A DNA stretch of 61,958 bases, counting the filler, from Asterionella formosa (taxonomy: Eukaryota), in assembly GCA_002256025.1 (NCBI GenBank). It is 21 parts of 21 records of this genome, joined end to end, with 100 filler letters (N's around TTAATTAATTAA, not from the genome) between each part and the next. Parts side by side here need not be neighbours in the genome. Positions count along the whole stretch, not along the records: positions 23,686 to 26,542 come from NKIB01014734.1; positions 26,643 to 29,499 come from NKIB01014735.1; positions 29,600 to 32,453 come from NKIB01014736.1; positions 32,554 to 35,408 come from NKIB01014737.1; positions 35,509 to 38,362 come from NKIB01014739.1; 16 more parts are not named here. One strand, written 5' to 3'. The translations under genes were made by a program, and so were the position numbers. Below, one piece after another: positions 24,179 through 37,694 of this stretch. How positions within the stretch are numbered: the stretch's first letter is position 1; each line of letters opens with the position of its first letter. The notes beneath the pieces were generated by a model, which saw only the letters and a list, made by a program, of their open reading frames with translations, did not search any database and was not told where the DNA came from.

Positions 24179-24913
24179 CACTGCTACATACACGACATAA
24201 CCAAGGGACTACATGATAAAGAAACCCCTCTCTTAATACAAGGAGAGAGCTCACATATTAAATAATTATAGAAGACAATGAAGCTCGATTCTATTTTATA
24301 TCTCGTTGGTATACAGCCTCGGTCTACGCTTCGTCTGTGGAAATCCATTTGATCCGTCAAGGTTCGCCATCGAGTCCTTTCGATCTAACAAAACGGTCCA
24401 ATCGAAGGACGACGCCCGACTATGCGTACTTTCATTTTAGAGTCGCAATTCATCAAGTTGCTCTGCCTTGGTCTTCAACGTTTCCAATGACTTTCGACTT
24501 TCGTGTTCCTTGCTGGTATGGTGGAGCATTCGGGAACAGAAGTTGTCGAGTACGAATCAGCTGCTGCCAGTGGAGAAGTTCAAATTCTTCTTGTACGTCA
24601 ATTCCGTCCAGAGTGAGAAATGCGACAAAGGAATCTTCCAAAACTTGTATAGATTCAAAGAGCGCTGTAAGAGCCAAAGTGGTAATAACAGAAATTGCTT
24701 CACTGCCGACCGATAGTGCACGTGGCTGACCTGACCCACATCGAGGCAAATCACGCCACCTTTTAATCTGACAACAGGCAAACCAACGCCAAAACGATAA
24801 CACAAGAACAGTGGAATGCAACGAAATGTTGAATCCACAAGTTCGGACTGTATTCTATTGTGTCTGTAAGGCAACAATGGACAGAAGACAGTCGACAGGG
24901 GAGGCTTTATCAA

Positions 24914-25244
24914 TGTAAACCTGATAATTAGTAAAGAATGAGAAGATCCCATGTTAATTAACTGTGTATACATAACAACTTATCCGTCCACGTAACCTTC
25001 ACTGTGGACGTGGTTTCTTTCTTTTTCTTTCCTTGTACCGGTACTTTGATCCACTCACCGTCTGTATCTTGTACGTCCATATTTCCTAACACACCCCTGT
25101 GATCCTGGAAGCTAACAGTTGCTGGATCAACATTCATAATCTCGCTTGGTAAAAAAACTGCAACCACCTCTTGTGTGGGGCAGTATTGAACTGACACCTC
25201 TTTTGCTTCAATACGATCAGTAACAAAGAAATATCTGATGTTAA
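24914..25244 (-). mobile_element. CoDi-like copia 3' end (RNase H tail, PPT, LTR about 25091-24914)
   Basis: Motifs NIRYFFVTDRIEAKEVSVQYCPT and QDHRGVLG; AGGGGTG|TGTTAGG ... TTTACA. Interrupted by the Harbinger at 25245. Confidence 0.8.
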
Positions 25245-26542
25245 GGGTCGTTCTTATCATTTTTTTTCGTGTATCACGGAATTTGAATTTTTTTGAAAAT
25301 GTATCAGCAACGGTAACTCGATTTGAACTGAATTTCATTCATTCCAAAAGTGTCACTGTATCACTAATTTGTGATCACATTGTATCATGGAGTAAAATGA
25401 ATCTTCAACGGCAACAGGCTGGCGAAGATCATGTGTATATCCCTCCAGAATATAATGATGGTCTTGATATCAAGCAACAACAAAATATAATTACCGGGAA
25501 ACTAAATATAATATTAAAAACACACATTTGCATGAATCATGTCGTCGCCATTTGATTTACTTGATGATAATGACGATGACAGTAGTGATCTTGATTTCTT
25601 CTTCCTCTGTCATTTAACTAAGGAAGCAGAGGAAAAAGAACACTCATCCAAACGACAAAGGCGACGCTGTAAACGGCAGCTTCAGTCATCTGAACGACGA
25701 CGACAACGAAGGCACAAGTGGCACCACGAAAGAATCTCCTGGCAATCACATGTCGAGAAACTCAATCACGAGATTGCTTTCGAGAAGACATACAGAATGT
25801 CACACAGAGCATTCAAAAAACTCACCTCCATGCTGGAAATTCAGATTGCAGGGAATTATTCCAAATGTGGCACTTCTGAGCCCATAATTCCCGAAATTGT
25901 GGTAGCCATTGGTTTGCGATGGCTGGCTGGTGGCAGTTACATCGACATTCGTCATGCCTACGGTTGTAGCATTGCTTCACTTTATCGATGTCGGGATTTG
26001 TTCATTGATGCTGTACTAAACTGTGAAGAACTCGAAATTATTTTTCCAAAAGAAAAAGAAGAATTTATCAAATTGGCTTCCAGCTTTGAATGCAAAAGCT
26101 CAGAGGGCGTGATGAGAGGATGTGTTGGTGCTATTGACGGCTTCCTTGCCACCATCAACCGCCCGACTATAGTTGAAAGTGGCAACAACCCTGGTTCATT
26201 TTTTTCCGGTCACTACATGACTTATGGAATCAATGTCCAGGCTGTTTGTGATGCTGACTCAAGATTTATTTATTTTGGTGTAATTGCACCGGGAAAATGC
26301 AGTGACCAAGTAGCTTTTGAAAAAACTTCCATTTTCGATCAAGTTGCAGCATTCAACACAGGTTTTTATCTGGTCGGCGATGCAGCTTACACATTGTCTG
26401 ATGTAATGCTTGTTCCCTTTGTTGGCTCACAACGTGATGATCCAACACAGGATACATTTAACTTTTTCCTTTCACAGCTAAGGATAAGAATAGAAATGGC
26501 ATTTGGTCTTCTTCAGACAAAATGGTGTGTTCTGAAAAAAAA
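25245..26542 (+). mobile_element. PIF/Harbinger transposon (left end + transposase)
   Basis: TAA|GGGTCGTTC terminus (TWA target), inserted in copia RNase H. Confidence 0.9.
25539..26542 (+). CDS. Harbinger/PIF DDE transposase (DDE_Tnp_4, HARBI1-like), 3'-partial
   Basis: Motifs FEKTYRMS, LRWLAGGSY, GCVGAIDG, GINVQAVCD, LVGDAAY, FNFFLSQLRIRIEMAFG; open to the contig edge. Confidence 0.95.
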
Positions 26543-26761
26543 NNNNNNNNNNNNNNNNNNNNNNNNNNNNNNNNNNNNNNNNNNNNTTAATTAATTAANN
26601 NNNNNNNNNNNNNNNNNNNNNNNNNNNNNNNNNNNNNNNNNNGTAGTAGTAGTAGTTGATGTTGTAGACACATTGTTTAGTCATTGTTGATTGTAGAGAT
26701 TACAATAGCCTGCCAGATTAGAAATAAAGCACCGTTGGTACTCGTTGAGCATCGTTTAGCA

Positions 26762-27665
26762 TTGCATGTCTCCGTAGTGAATCGAAATTGAGATGTGCCA
26801 CAATGGCCTTCTCCGTTTCGGAGCAGCTACAAATAGTCTACAGCGATAACTCTAGCAAGTACAATATAGAAAAAGATGGAAAGGATGAGTAGCTGACAAT
26901 AAGGAATTGAATCCGTTATTTCGTTAAGAAACAGCTGTTGCATATTTTAACCTTGCATGTCGCCGTAGTGAGTCAAAATTGAGATGTGCCGCAATGGCCT
27001 TCTCCGTTTCGGAGCAGCTACAAATAGTCTACAGCGATAACTCTAGCAAGTACAATATAGAAAAAGAAGGAAAGGATGAGTAGCTGACAACAATTGAATC
27101 CGTTATTTCGTTAAGAAACAGCTGTTGCATATTTTAACCTTGCATGTCGCCTTAGTGAGTCAAAATTGAGATGTGCCGCAATGACCGTCTTCTTTTCGGA
27201 GCGGCTAAAAATAGTCTACAGCAATAACTCGAGCAATTACAATATAGAAAAAGAAGGAAAGGATGAGTAGCTGACAATAAGGAATTGAATCCGTTATTTC
27301 GTTAAGAAACAGCTGTTGCATATTTTATCCTTGCATTTCGCCGTAGTGAGTCAAAATTGAGATGTGCCGCAATGGCCTTCTCCGTTTCGGAGCAGCTACA
27401 AGTAGTCTACGGCGATAACTCTAGCAAGTACAATGTAGAAAAAGAAGCAGAGGAGGAGCAGCTGTCAATTATCAAATTCGTAAATTCGTTATGAAACAGC
27501 TGCTGCATATTTTAACATTCAATGCATGTTGCCGTATTGCTTCGAAATTGAGATTTGCCGCAATGGCATCCTTCTTGTTGGAGCAGCTACAAATACTCGA
27601 AAGAGCGATAACTCTAGCAAGTAAAATATAGAAAAAGAAGGAAAGAATGAGTAGCTGTCAACAAT
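26762..27665. repeat. Tandem repeat, about 190-bp unit, about 4.7 copies
   Basis: Units start near 26762, 26953, 27140, 27331 and 27523 (TTGCATGTCGCCGTAGTGAGTCAAAATTGAGATGTGCCGCAATGG...). The last copy is the most diverged. Confidence 0.95.
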
Positions 27666-27761
27666 TGAGTTAGAAAATCAAGAATATTAGTAAAAATTTT
27701 GGTTCCTAGTTCATTTGCCCTTTGACAAAAGTCAATTCGTCAAAATTGAAATTCATTTTCA

Positions 27762-28403
27762 CTAAACTGGAGTGAAGTTCAATTGTCTTGCAACTTCTTT
27801 CATTGACCGTTTGAAATACTCATATTCACTCCTAGTTTCATTTGCCACCTTGATTCTTTCATCTGTCCTCTCCACTGATTCTTCGTCTAATTTGCTTTTC
27901 TTGAACCTGTAAAAGTCCCTCTGCAACTTTGCATAGATCTTCTTCTTAGCCACTTTGTATTTCCTCTCGCCCTTTGCTGCAACCTCCTCGAATTTTTTAA
28001 TGTAGCTCTCTTCATTCATCATCCCTTCTTTAATTTCATCTCCAAAAAGGTCTGGGGGTGCAATGTTCTGATCAATACAAGCCTTATAAATTTCACTCTT
28101 TTTATTCATCCGAAGCTTCACATACATCTTTTTCTTCATCTCTTGGAAGTACCAATCTGTGGCACCCTTGACTTGGTCTGGGGGAAAGTGAATAATCACG
28201 TTCAAACTCTTTGTACTCTTTGAACTCTTAGTACTACCAGTTGTTATCCTTGAAGTTCTTCCTGAAATAACTTGTGGAGTCAATCCACTGATGGAAGATG
28301 CCGGAGTTGTGCTTACTGGAAGAGAAATGGCCACTAGATCATTACGAACTCTAATGTCAGGCACACTGTTGTTCCCTGGCGTAACTTCAATGAAAATGTC
28401 CAT
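27762..28403 (-). CDS. Hypothetical Lys/Glu-rich protein, probably transposon-associated
   Basis: 213-aa ORF just downstream of the 28470-28825 ORF and next to the tandem array. Confidence 0.55.
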   Translation of the reverse strand: MDIFIEVTPGNNSVPDIRVRNDLVAISLPVSTTPASSISGLTPQVISGRTSRITTGSTKSSKSTKSLNVIIHFPPDQVKGATDWYFQEMKKKMYVKLRMNKKSEIYKACIDQNIAPPDLFGDEIKEGMMNEESYIKKFEEVAAKGERKYKVAKKKIYAKLQRDFYRFKKSKLDEESVERTDERIKVANETRSEYEYFKRSMKEVARQLNFTPV

Positions 28404-28469
28404 CAGTTAGTCAATATTTTCCATGAACATCAGTTCAACAATTCCACTTTGTTCACTTCCCCGAAGTGA

Positions 28470-28825
28470 CTAACCTTGTGGAACTCCAGCCAAAACAAGA
28501 AGATTGGACTTAAAGCTGATCTCCAACTGCCTGCTCATGGCAGTTGTCCTTTGATGAACAACTATGTCATACAGGCTGTTGAACCTGGCATATCCCTTTG
28601 CGTCCCAGCCACCATATCTCTTTCCCTGTCCTCCAGTACCGGTATAAACGTATTTTGGTGCAGGAGTATCATCTTCATGACCTTTCATCATTGCCTTATG
28701 CAACCAGACATCCCAACAATTCTCCAAGACCAACAATGAAAAAACCTCGTCAGAAACACTAACAATGTCACTGACATGCTTCTTAGCACACTTTCCTTTC
28801 CAAGACAGCTTTCGCCCAACCCATC
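28470..28825 (-). pseudogene. Degenerate transposon-accessory-like ORF
   Basis: VSVSDEVFS (frameshift) LVLENCWDVW...PKY...YGGWDAKGYARFNSLY, a motif set I associate with DNA-transposon accessory ORFs. Exact superfamily not determined. Confidence 0.45.
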
Positions 28826-29206
28826 ATTTTCGATTTGGTATCATTTTTTTGAAAAAGTATCATGTAACGGCTACTCGATTTAAACCGAAAAAATCCATTC
28901 TCCACAAAAATAAAAATGAAATTGTATCACCCAAAAAGTATCACGAAAATTCAACGGTTACGGGCTGGCTACAATCATGTGCATATCCCTCCAGGCTTCC
29001 CTCCAGACTATTTCGATAATTTTCCATTACTAAAACCATGTAGGAAAACTACGCGTATTATGTAGCAGTATGGAATATATAGCTGACATACCTGCTTAAT
29101 TCTTGATTTGCCATGAGTCAACACAGACATGCAAGATCCTCTATACACTTCTTCTTACACTTCCGCTTGCCATCATCCCCTTTCAGGTTTACAAGCAATC
29201 AGCACC

Positions 29207-29499
29207 ATGTCATCATTGTCAGTGCACAATGACGAACAAGTGGATCAACATTGGACTGAAGAAGGTGCCGTGAATATCAACGATGGCAATGATGATGATG
29301 GTAATGATGTCATCAGTAATCAATTTTTTGATAATGAAAACAACCATCAATTCTTTGATTACGATGACCATGATCAATTCTTTATCCTTTGTCATCTGGC
29401 TCTGGAGGCTGAAACGAAAGTTAAAAAGAGGAAGGCGAAATGGGAGCATGAGAGAATGTCATGGCATTCTCATGTCAAGAAGCTGTGTCATGAGGACGC
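29207..29499 (+). CDS. Second-family Harbinger transposase, N-terminus
   Basis: FFILCHLALEAE..KWEHERMSWHSHVKKLCHE parallels FFFLCHLTKEAE..KWHHERISWQSHVEKLNHE of the 25539 transposase. Upstream 28840-28900 resembles the Harbinger subterminal region. Confidence 0.8.
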
Positions 29500-29599
29500 N
29501 NNNNNNNNNNNNNNNNNNNNNNNNNNNNNNNNNNNNNNNNNNNTTAATTAATTAANNNNNNNNNNNNNNNNNNNNNNNNNNNNNNNNNNNNNNNNNNNN

Positions 29600-30668
29600 C
29601 TACTTTGTCAAGAAAGTCTCTCCGGTTTGTGCAAATGCATGCAGAGAATTGTCTCAAAATTTGGAGAGTCCCAACAAGTCACACTGGATGGCAGTAGAAC
29701 GTCTTTTGGGATATCTACGTGCGGATATCACAAACAGGAAATTAAAATTGAGAACTCCAATTGAGTTACGTCCACAGGATATTGTTGACACGTCATTTGG
29801 CGACAATAAGGACACACGAAAGAGCACTAGTGCCTACTTGGGTACAATCGGTGGAACTGCATTGATCAATTGGATTTCAAAAGGGCAGAACATCGTTACT
29901 GTTTCGAGCACTGAAGCTGAATACGTGGGTCTCAGCGATGGATCTAAAGAAACGACTTTTACATCCAACTTATTGAATGAGATCGATCACGTTGTCTTGC
30001 CAAGCATAATTTTGGAGGATAATACTGGAGCGATTTTTCTCTCAAGAAATAAACAAGTTGGTGCAAGAACCAAACATATTGATGTCAGGTACCATTTTAT
30101 CAGAGAGAAAGTTGAAAATGGTAATATCCTTGTTCAATATGTGAATACATTGAAAAACCCTGCAGACCTTCTGTCAAAGAACGTAACTCAGAAAATCCAT
30201 GATTCTCATGCACATAAAATGCTCAATGGAACAATGGATTGCTGGAATGAGGAGAGTGACAAAATCTAGGATGATTTGAGTTAGGGTTAACAGCATTCCA
30301 TCAATGTACATGTCGTCAATATTATACAGAGAAACTGTTTCCGGTGAGAAATATTTGAACTAATGTTAATGAAGACGAACATACAATTAATAAGATGGGA
30401 TGGAATATTTGGAAAGTTAAATGTTCTATGTAATGAACTATTCACAGGCATGTCGTCGCCATTGGAGCTGCCGACAATGTAAGTAAAACAATATTCTATA
30501 TGTGTTATGAAGTAAAAGAATGATTGAATGATCAGGAACAGATCATTATCATTACTTGGTTATCTGTATGAAAGTTTGGACAAAAGATCCAAGATCCAAG
30601 ATCCAACTGATCTGAAATAAGTGGAGTTGAATCGATTGTAAATCGATTTCTAGTTTTATAAGCTCACA
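29600..30668 (+). mobile_element. Ty1/copia RNase H (to 30269) + putative LTR (30257-30668)
   Basis: Reverse complement of 10682-11750 with an identical translation. Confidence 0.93.
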
Positions 30669-31334
30669 ATAAAATAAGGAAGCAAAATGTTGCTGTCTAC
30701 ATTTGACTTGTATAAGAGAAAGACTATAGCATACAGCGTGTACAAAAGTGTACTGCTACTGGTGTAAGGAATTTAACACCTATATAGCACGGAATTATGT
30801 TCAAGGAATAAAATATACCGGTAATACACATTACTGGTACATATTATTATTGACACTCGTTGTCACACCATGCTCAATGCATCGTTCTTGGTTTCAAAAA
30901 AGCAGTCATAATCCATTTGACCAGTGGATTTTAATGACAAATATTTAACACAATGACGGAGATCGAACGAAATGACCGCAAAAGAACGCAAAGCTCGAAA
31001 AAGAACGAGAAAACCCGGATATACGACGTTCATCTGCAGTCTTTTGCGAACTTCGCGTTCTTTTACGGTTTTTTGGGAAAACGTGATGCGAGGTCGATTT
31101 TAGATAAAACACCGTTTTTGTACGTGACTTTTCGTACTTCGGAGTTTCCGTCAACTCCCTGGCTGCAAACATCAACAACCGCTTAATCTGAATTCGTGTT
31201 GCATGAGTAGGACAGTTGTACATGGGTATGTGTACATAGCTGCTGTAGCAATCTATAGCTTAGAAGACATGATAGATATTCATACCGGTATGTGCATATT
31301 CATGTTCGAGTCTACTTTTGTGTGGGTACTGGTA

Positions 31335-32453
31335 CCAGAAAAGCATTGCTTGGCGGCAATATTGACATCATTGTCACCGACTATACAAATCAACAAATAC
31401 GATCAACAACGGCACAATACCACATCTTCAACGAGTAGTCATTGATAAATGCATTGGTTCTTATGTAGATATATACAATCGAAACATAACGACAGTGCGG
31501 AACAACAAACAACGATGGAAGCGATCAAAACAAACCATGGAACCAATCAAATCAGAAAGTCAATAAATACGATCTACAATCCACATTCAGTGTTTCACTG
31601 TTGTACTCACTCATCTGCTTTAACTAGCATAACAAGCAGCAGATGATGGGATCAAAGAAAGACGAACGTTGCCTATTGCAAGCCCGAATAGAGCAAAGGC
31701 AGGTAAGATAGAGTGAGAACTATATTTGTGAGGACGAAATAGGGCTTACTGTACTTAAAATCAATGAATATGAGAATGATCTAATTCAACATTTCAGGTC
31801 TTGTAAAAAAACCGAGACTGCAGAGATAATATTATAACGTGTTCAAAGTAAGCGTTAAAGCATAGCTTAAACCATGCATGGTTGTTTTTAGTACCACATA
31901 CGTATGTAGACTAGATGACTGCCAACTGCCGGTACCGGTAGAATATCCATTAAGCATCATTACATACATGACCGCAGCAAAAACTTGCCACCAACATCAG
32001 ATGTATCAATATCATCGTTCGTCCGACGAAAAATGGACAATGCGACTACATGAATACCTCGAGAAGACAAGCAATCCAACAATCAACCGCATCCGTTAGG
32101 CAAAGAATCGCTACTGGCGTCATCGCGGAACAGATTTCGCTTCAAACCGGTCATGATGGATGACGATTGGCATGGTGAAAGGTGAATTGCCGGAGTCCAC
32201 TTTTCAGGAGACGAACGAAAACGAGGTGAATTCTAGATATAAATTATTAGAATCTGTTTAGTATATAAAATGGTTCACTTAAGGAGACCCCTTGCTGATT
32301 TCGGCAATCCCAGGGCTGGAAAACCGAGGGGCAATTGGCGTCTGTTGTCTTGCCAAAATGCGAACATATGAAATATGCAAAATTTATTTTAATGATGGGC
32401 AATATCAGACCTTTGGCAATTTTCGAGGTGAAGATAGGAAATAAACAAAATAT
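31335..32453 (-). mobile_element. Internal part of element family A
   Basis: Reverse complement of 8891-10015. Confidence 0.85.
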
Positions 32454-33574
32454 NNNNNNNNNNNNNNNNNNNNNNNNNNNNNNNNNNNNNNNNNNNNTTA
32501 ATTAATTAANNNNNNNNNNNNNNNNNNNNNNNNNNNNNNNNNNNNNNNNNNNNTTGAGGATGCATTGCATCCTGCCTTCAAATCTCTTTATGCATGCATA
32601 CCGCCTCCCTTCCACTCAGATTCTGAAACTCATCTGACTACATGCTGCAAATCCCATTTCCTTTTGATCCAATTCTGTTTCATCTATTTTGATTTCTTAA
32701 TCAAAACAAAAACAATGAGAAGGAATTACTTGCTCATAAGCCAGTACGAGGTGACAATAGATATCAATGTCACCTTGTTTGTATGAGAACAATGTCTTAT
32801 TGCGTCCCCTCCATCACCAATAGACGATACCTTTTTTTGGCTGTTCCAAGGCGCCAGGAGAAAACCTATCCGGCCGCTTTTCCCGCCTGCCCCATTGATG
32901 TGGGGTGCTTGGGGGGCATCATGGGAGGATTCGAACTCCTCCCACCAGTTCACGTGTTCAGGAATGTGTTTGAGGCACCCCGTCCTCCAATCATGTCCCA
33001 GTGTCCGGTGAGGCACCCCGCCCCTCTCACCTGGGCGAGGTAGTGTGAGACTTTCACTCACTAAAAACCTGTGTGCAGCCCCAGTCTTGACCAGTACGCG
33101 ATCTGCCCTATGCATACTGGTACGTACGTTTACATGCAAAAATATGTGTGCTACATATTAACCGGTAGGTGTCCCGATGATGGGCATGATTAAAATTCAA
33201 ATCAATCGTGTACATACGTTTACATACAAAAATATGTGTGCAACATATTGGTGCTACCAGGATACCAGGTAGTACAATAGATGATATAATAGACAGTAGT
33301 ACCTGGTACCAGTACTCACAGACAAGTAGACTCGAACATGCATATGCATATATGCGTATCTATCATGTCTTCTAAACTATAGATTGCTACAGCAGATATG
33401 TACACATACCCATGTACGACTGTCACTCGTATACATTCAAAAATACATGTATCTATATTTGTACATATAATATTCTACAAAACGATTAATATTATTCATA
33501 TTAGATGATAAATCGAATTTATATGATCATAAGATCGCCATTATAAGATGCATCACACGAATTAGATGTTTTCT

Positions 33575-33785
33575 ATTTACAGACGTTACATCAATAGGGC
33601 CAGCTTTGCGTCCATGGTCCAAAAAGATCCAAGCTATCCAAATTCAACCACCAACACATATCAAAAAACTACTAAGCTTTACCGATGCAGTAAATTATCT
33701 CCGAGATATGTGGCCCAAATGTGCACATTTGTTATCCAAACTCACCGCCTTAACAGAAAAAAAGAAATTTGAATGGAAGTTACAG
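33575..33785 (+). pseudogene. Ty3/gypsy RT-connection remnant
   Basis: KKIQAIQIQPPTHIKKLLSFTDAVNYLRDMWPKCAHLLSKLTALTEKKKFEW resembles the gypsy KI.AI..PT..K.LRSFLG.VNYYR...LT.L..K..F.W block. Confidence 0.75.
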
Positions 33786-35408
33786 TAACAATGAGAAGGA
33801 ACGACTTGTTAGCTAGACATGTTACACAGACAGAACATCACGCCATTCCATCTTATCCTCTTGCTTGCTTCACTTACCACAGCCAAATCAAAGCAAGTGA
33901 TGTATAAGTCTGTAATAGTAACTGGTTAGTAAATTCTTGAATAAGTAAGTTTCAGGTTTCCAATGTTGCCGAATAAAACATACCGATTCATTTTCGTTAG
34001 CTTAACTTTGAGAGAAGGTAAACTGGCGTGTCCGTCAGATATGTTCCATCAGAAGTGAATAAGTCCAATGACAAGAGCACTTACCAATTTTGTTGTGTTT
34101 TACATTGGTGCTCCCCAACAAGCGAAACGAGCTGTTGATTCAACTGAGAAAAAAGGAAATGTGCGTTTAGTTTACAATTTGTTGTTGTCCTGCCTCCCAA
34201 CGATTTTCATCCAAGTACCACATTGATGGCTTCAATACCTTAAACATAATCCATCCTTCGAAGGCGCAATGTGTGGATGCCACAATGTTTTTCGTTGTTG
34301 CGTAAACTTTTCCTTTCTTGTCATGTGCTTTACTCCGATATTTCTTTTCATGAAGCAGGCATTGTTTGTTAACATGACAGAACAATTTCAAATATATTTG
34401 CCATGTATATAGTTATAAAATTTGTAAATATATAAACATTTATTAAATTCAAAGGCACTATCAATATGGAGCGTCTGGTATTGTTGAGCTGATCATATTT
34501 GCATATAGATAATTCGAAAATATTCAATGCACTATATGTCCATTGTTTTCAATGACTTCGTGTACCGGTACTGTTTTTTTGAAATTTGTTTGCATCAATA
34601 TTTTCTACGTCAGTTGAAACTAATTATTTAGACCATTCAATTGGTGTACTAAGTCATAACCCATTTGTATCATTATTTATACGCGAGGATTTTGGTAGCA
34701 AATTGTTTAAGCCCCTTTTTTGGGCGGGAGTTCTTCATGTGTACCGGTATATCATACAACAATAACATTTTATCATATATATACAGAGTACCAGTAGCAG
34801 GTAGGAAGTGATATACTGGGGGTACCAGGTAGTAAGCGAGCAACAGAACACCATATGTTCATGACTGTTGCTACTGCAGTGAGACAGTAAATCATCATAG
34901 TTTTAGGATCTTATGATCATAAAATTGAAAAAGGATAGTCGGAGTAGTGAGCGAGCAACAGAGCACCATATGTTCATGACTGCTGCTACTGCAGCGGGAC
35001 ATTAAATCATCATAGTTTCAGGATAGGGAAAGGGGGGAGTCGGAGTAGTAAGCGAGCAACAGAACACCATATGTACATGACTGCTGCTACTGCAGCGGGA
35101 CAGTAAATCATCACATTTTTGGGATAGTATAATCGTATAATTGAAAGCAAGATATGCTAATACTCAATCTCGGTTCTGACTTTGTATATGATAATGTAAA
35201 TAGCACTGTTGGTTTTATGGTATCATATCTAGACAGCGTAAAATATTATATGTAGTGGCTGATGATTCATTTCATTGTAGCTTGCAACACCTGATTTTAA
35301 GATCATCGAACTTTAAGGAAGACAACGACAACAGTTATCTAGTTGTACAAGCAATGTCTTCAAAAACCCATAAAGAGGTTCATGGAAACAAGCGACATGT
35401 GGCAAATA
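33786..35408. repeat. Repeat family B
   Basis: Aligns with 41640-42800 and, in reverse, 35575-36997. Confidence 0.9.
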
Positions 35409-35508
35409 NNNNNNNNNNNNNNNNNNNNNNNNNNNNNNNNNNNNNNNNNNNNTTAATTAATTAANNNNNNNNNNNNNNNNNNNNNNNNNNNNNNNNNNNN
35501 NNNNNNNN

Positions 35509-36997
35509 TAACAGGAGACAAATCTGGTGTGACCAAATTTCAACTCAGTCTTCGGGCACAGTGTGAATTGCAAACACGTGAACCTCTTAATGGTTTTTTG
35601 AAGACATTGTACTACTAGATAATTGTTGTCGTTGTCTTCCTTAAAGTTCAATGATCTTAAATTGCTTCAGGTGTTGCTAGTTACAATGAAATGAATCATC
35701 AGCCACTAGAAATAATATTTTACGCTGTCTACATATGATGATACCATAAGACCAACAGTGCTATTTACATTATCATATACAAAATCAGAACCGAGTTTGA
35801 GTAATAGCATATCTTGTTTTTAATTATACGATCATACAATCCTAACACTATGATGCTTTACTGTCCCACGGTAGTAGCAACAGTCCTGAACATATGGTGT
35901 TCAGTTGCTTGCTTACTACTCCGACTACCCCCAGTATATCACTTCCTACCTGCTACTGGTACTCTGTGTATATATATGATATAATGTTATTGTCATATGA
36001 TGTACCAGTTATTGTCATATGATGTACCAGTACACATGAAGAACTCCCGCCCAAAAAAGGGGCTTAAACAATTTGCTACCAAAACCTTGCGGTTATGACT
36101 TACACCAATTTAATGGTCTAAATAATTAGTTTCAAAATATTGATGCAAATAAATTTCAGAAACAATACCGGTACACGTAGTCGTGGGAAACAATGGACAT
36201 ATAGTGCATTGAATATTTTGGAATTATGTATATGCAAATATGATCATCTCAACAATATCAGACGTTCCATATTGAGAGTGCCTTTGAATTTTATAAATGT
36301 ATAAAACTTGATAAATATATATATAAATATTTACAAATTTTATGACTTTATACATGGCAGATATATTTGAAATCGTTCGGTCATGTTAACAAACAATGCC
36401 TGCTTCATGAAAAGAAGCATCGTAGTAAAGCACATGACAAGGAAAGAAAGTTTATGCAATACACAACGAAAAACATTGTGATGAAAAACATTGTGCCTTT
36501 GTCACATTGCGCATTCGAAGGATGGAGTATGTTTAAGGTAATGAAGCCATCAATATGGTACTTGGATGACGAATGTTTGGAGGCAGGACAACAACAAATT
36601 GTAAACTAAACGCACATTTCCTTTTTTCTCAGTTGATTCAACAGCTTGTTTCGCTTGTTGGGGAGCACCAATAAAAAACAAAAACAAATTGCTAAGTGCT
36701 CTTATCGCTCGTTGGACCTATTCACTTCTGATGGAACATAACTGAAGGATACGTTTACCTTCTCTTAAAGTTAAGCTAACGAAAATGAATCGGTAAGTTT
36801 TACTCGATAACATTGGATACCTGAAACTTACTTATTCATGAATTTACTGAAAAGTTGCTATTACAGACTTATGCATCCATTGCATTGATTTGTGGTAAGT
36901 GAAGCAATAGGATGCGGTGGAATTGTGTGTCGTTGTGTCAATGTAACATGAGTGGCTAACAAATCATTCCTTCTCATTGTTACTGTAACTGCATAGG
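35509..36997 (-). repeat. Repeat family B (reverse orientation)
   Basis: Reverse complement of 33786-35390 and 41625-42780. Confidence 0.9.
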
Positions 36998-37694
36998 ACA
37001 ATAAAACCAATCAAACAACAGAATAGTCGGCGAGCTCAGAGTGAAACTAACAGCAGAAAAAGAGAAGCAACATTAGTAGGCACTGCCTCACACATGATTC
37101 AGAATAGAGGAAAGAAAGCGCGAGACAGGAACAATATACATTGAGCTAAGTAGAGAGAGATGTTGGGTCGCTGGCCTGTAAAATCATAGATAGCAATGCT
37201 AAATTTGATAGTTAAATTACGATCCATTTCAATCTATTTTGAACAATGCTTGTGATTAGAATTATGATCATGTTTACGATAGATATACGATAAAACAATT
37301 CACATGATAGCATAGAGTTTAGCTGATTTTTGGATACGGTGTAGTTATAATTTACATCAGGCGATCAAGAGAAGTGAAAATAATATGAGAAGGTTTATGA
37401 TATTGATGGGAAATGTTGTTGATCCGTTTATATACAGTGTGAGATGATAATGTTCTTATTATCATTGTACTTCAAGGTCGGTAAAATATTAACAACTTAT
37501 CATAGTTACAAGATACCTTGATCATAGTATTGATCCAAAAATTATCATGTATACGAAAATGCTGTGCCACTTAGCGTACAATCCCCTTGATCCTATATGC
37601 ATGATACTTTTTATTTGCAGACGTTTAAGTGACATCCTTTCAGTAACAAAACATCCATAGTAAGTCTGATGTATAGCAATACATCACTCACCTT

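Noticed and set aside
26762..27665. Possible CRISPR array
   Set aside because: Whole 190-bp units repeat with no unique spacers, there are no cas genes and the context is eukaryotic.
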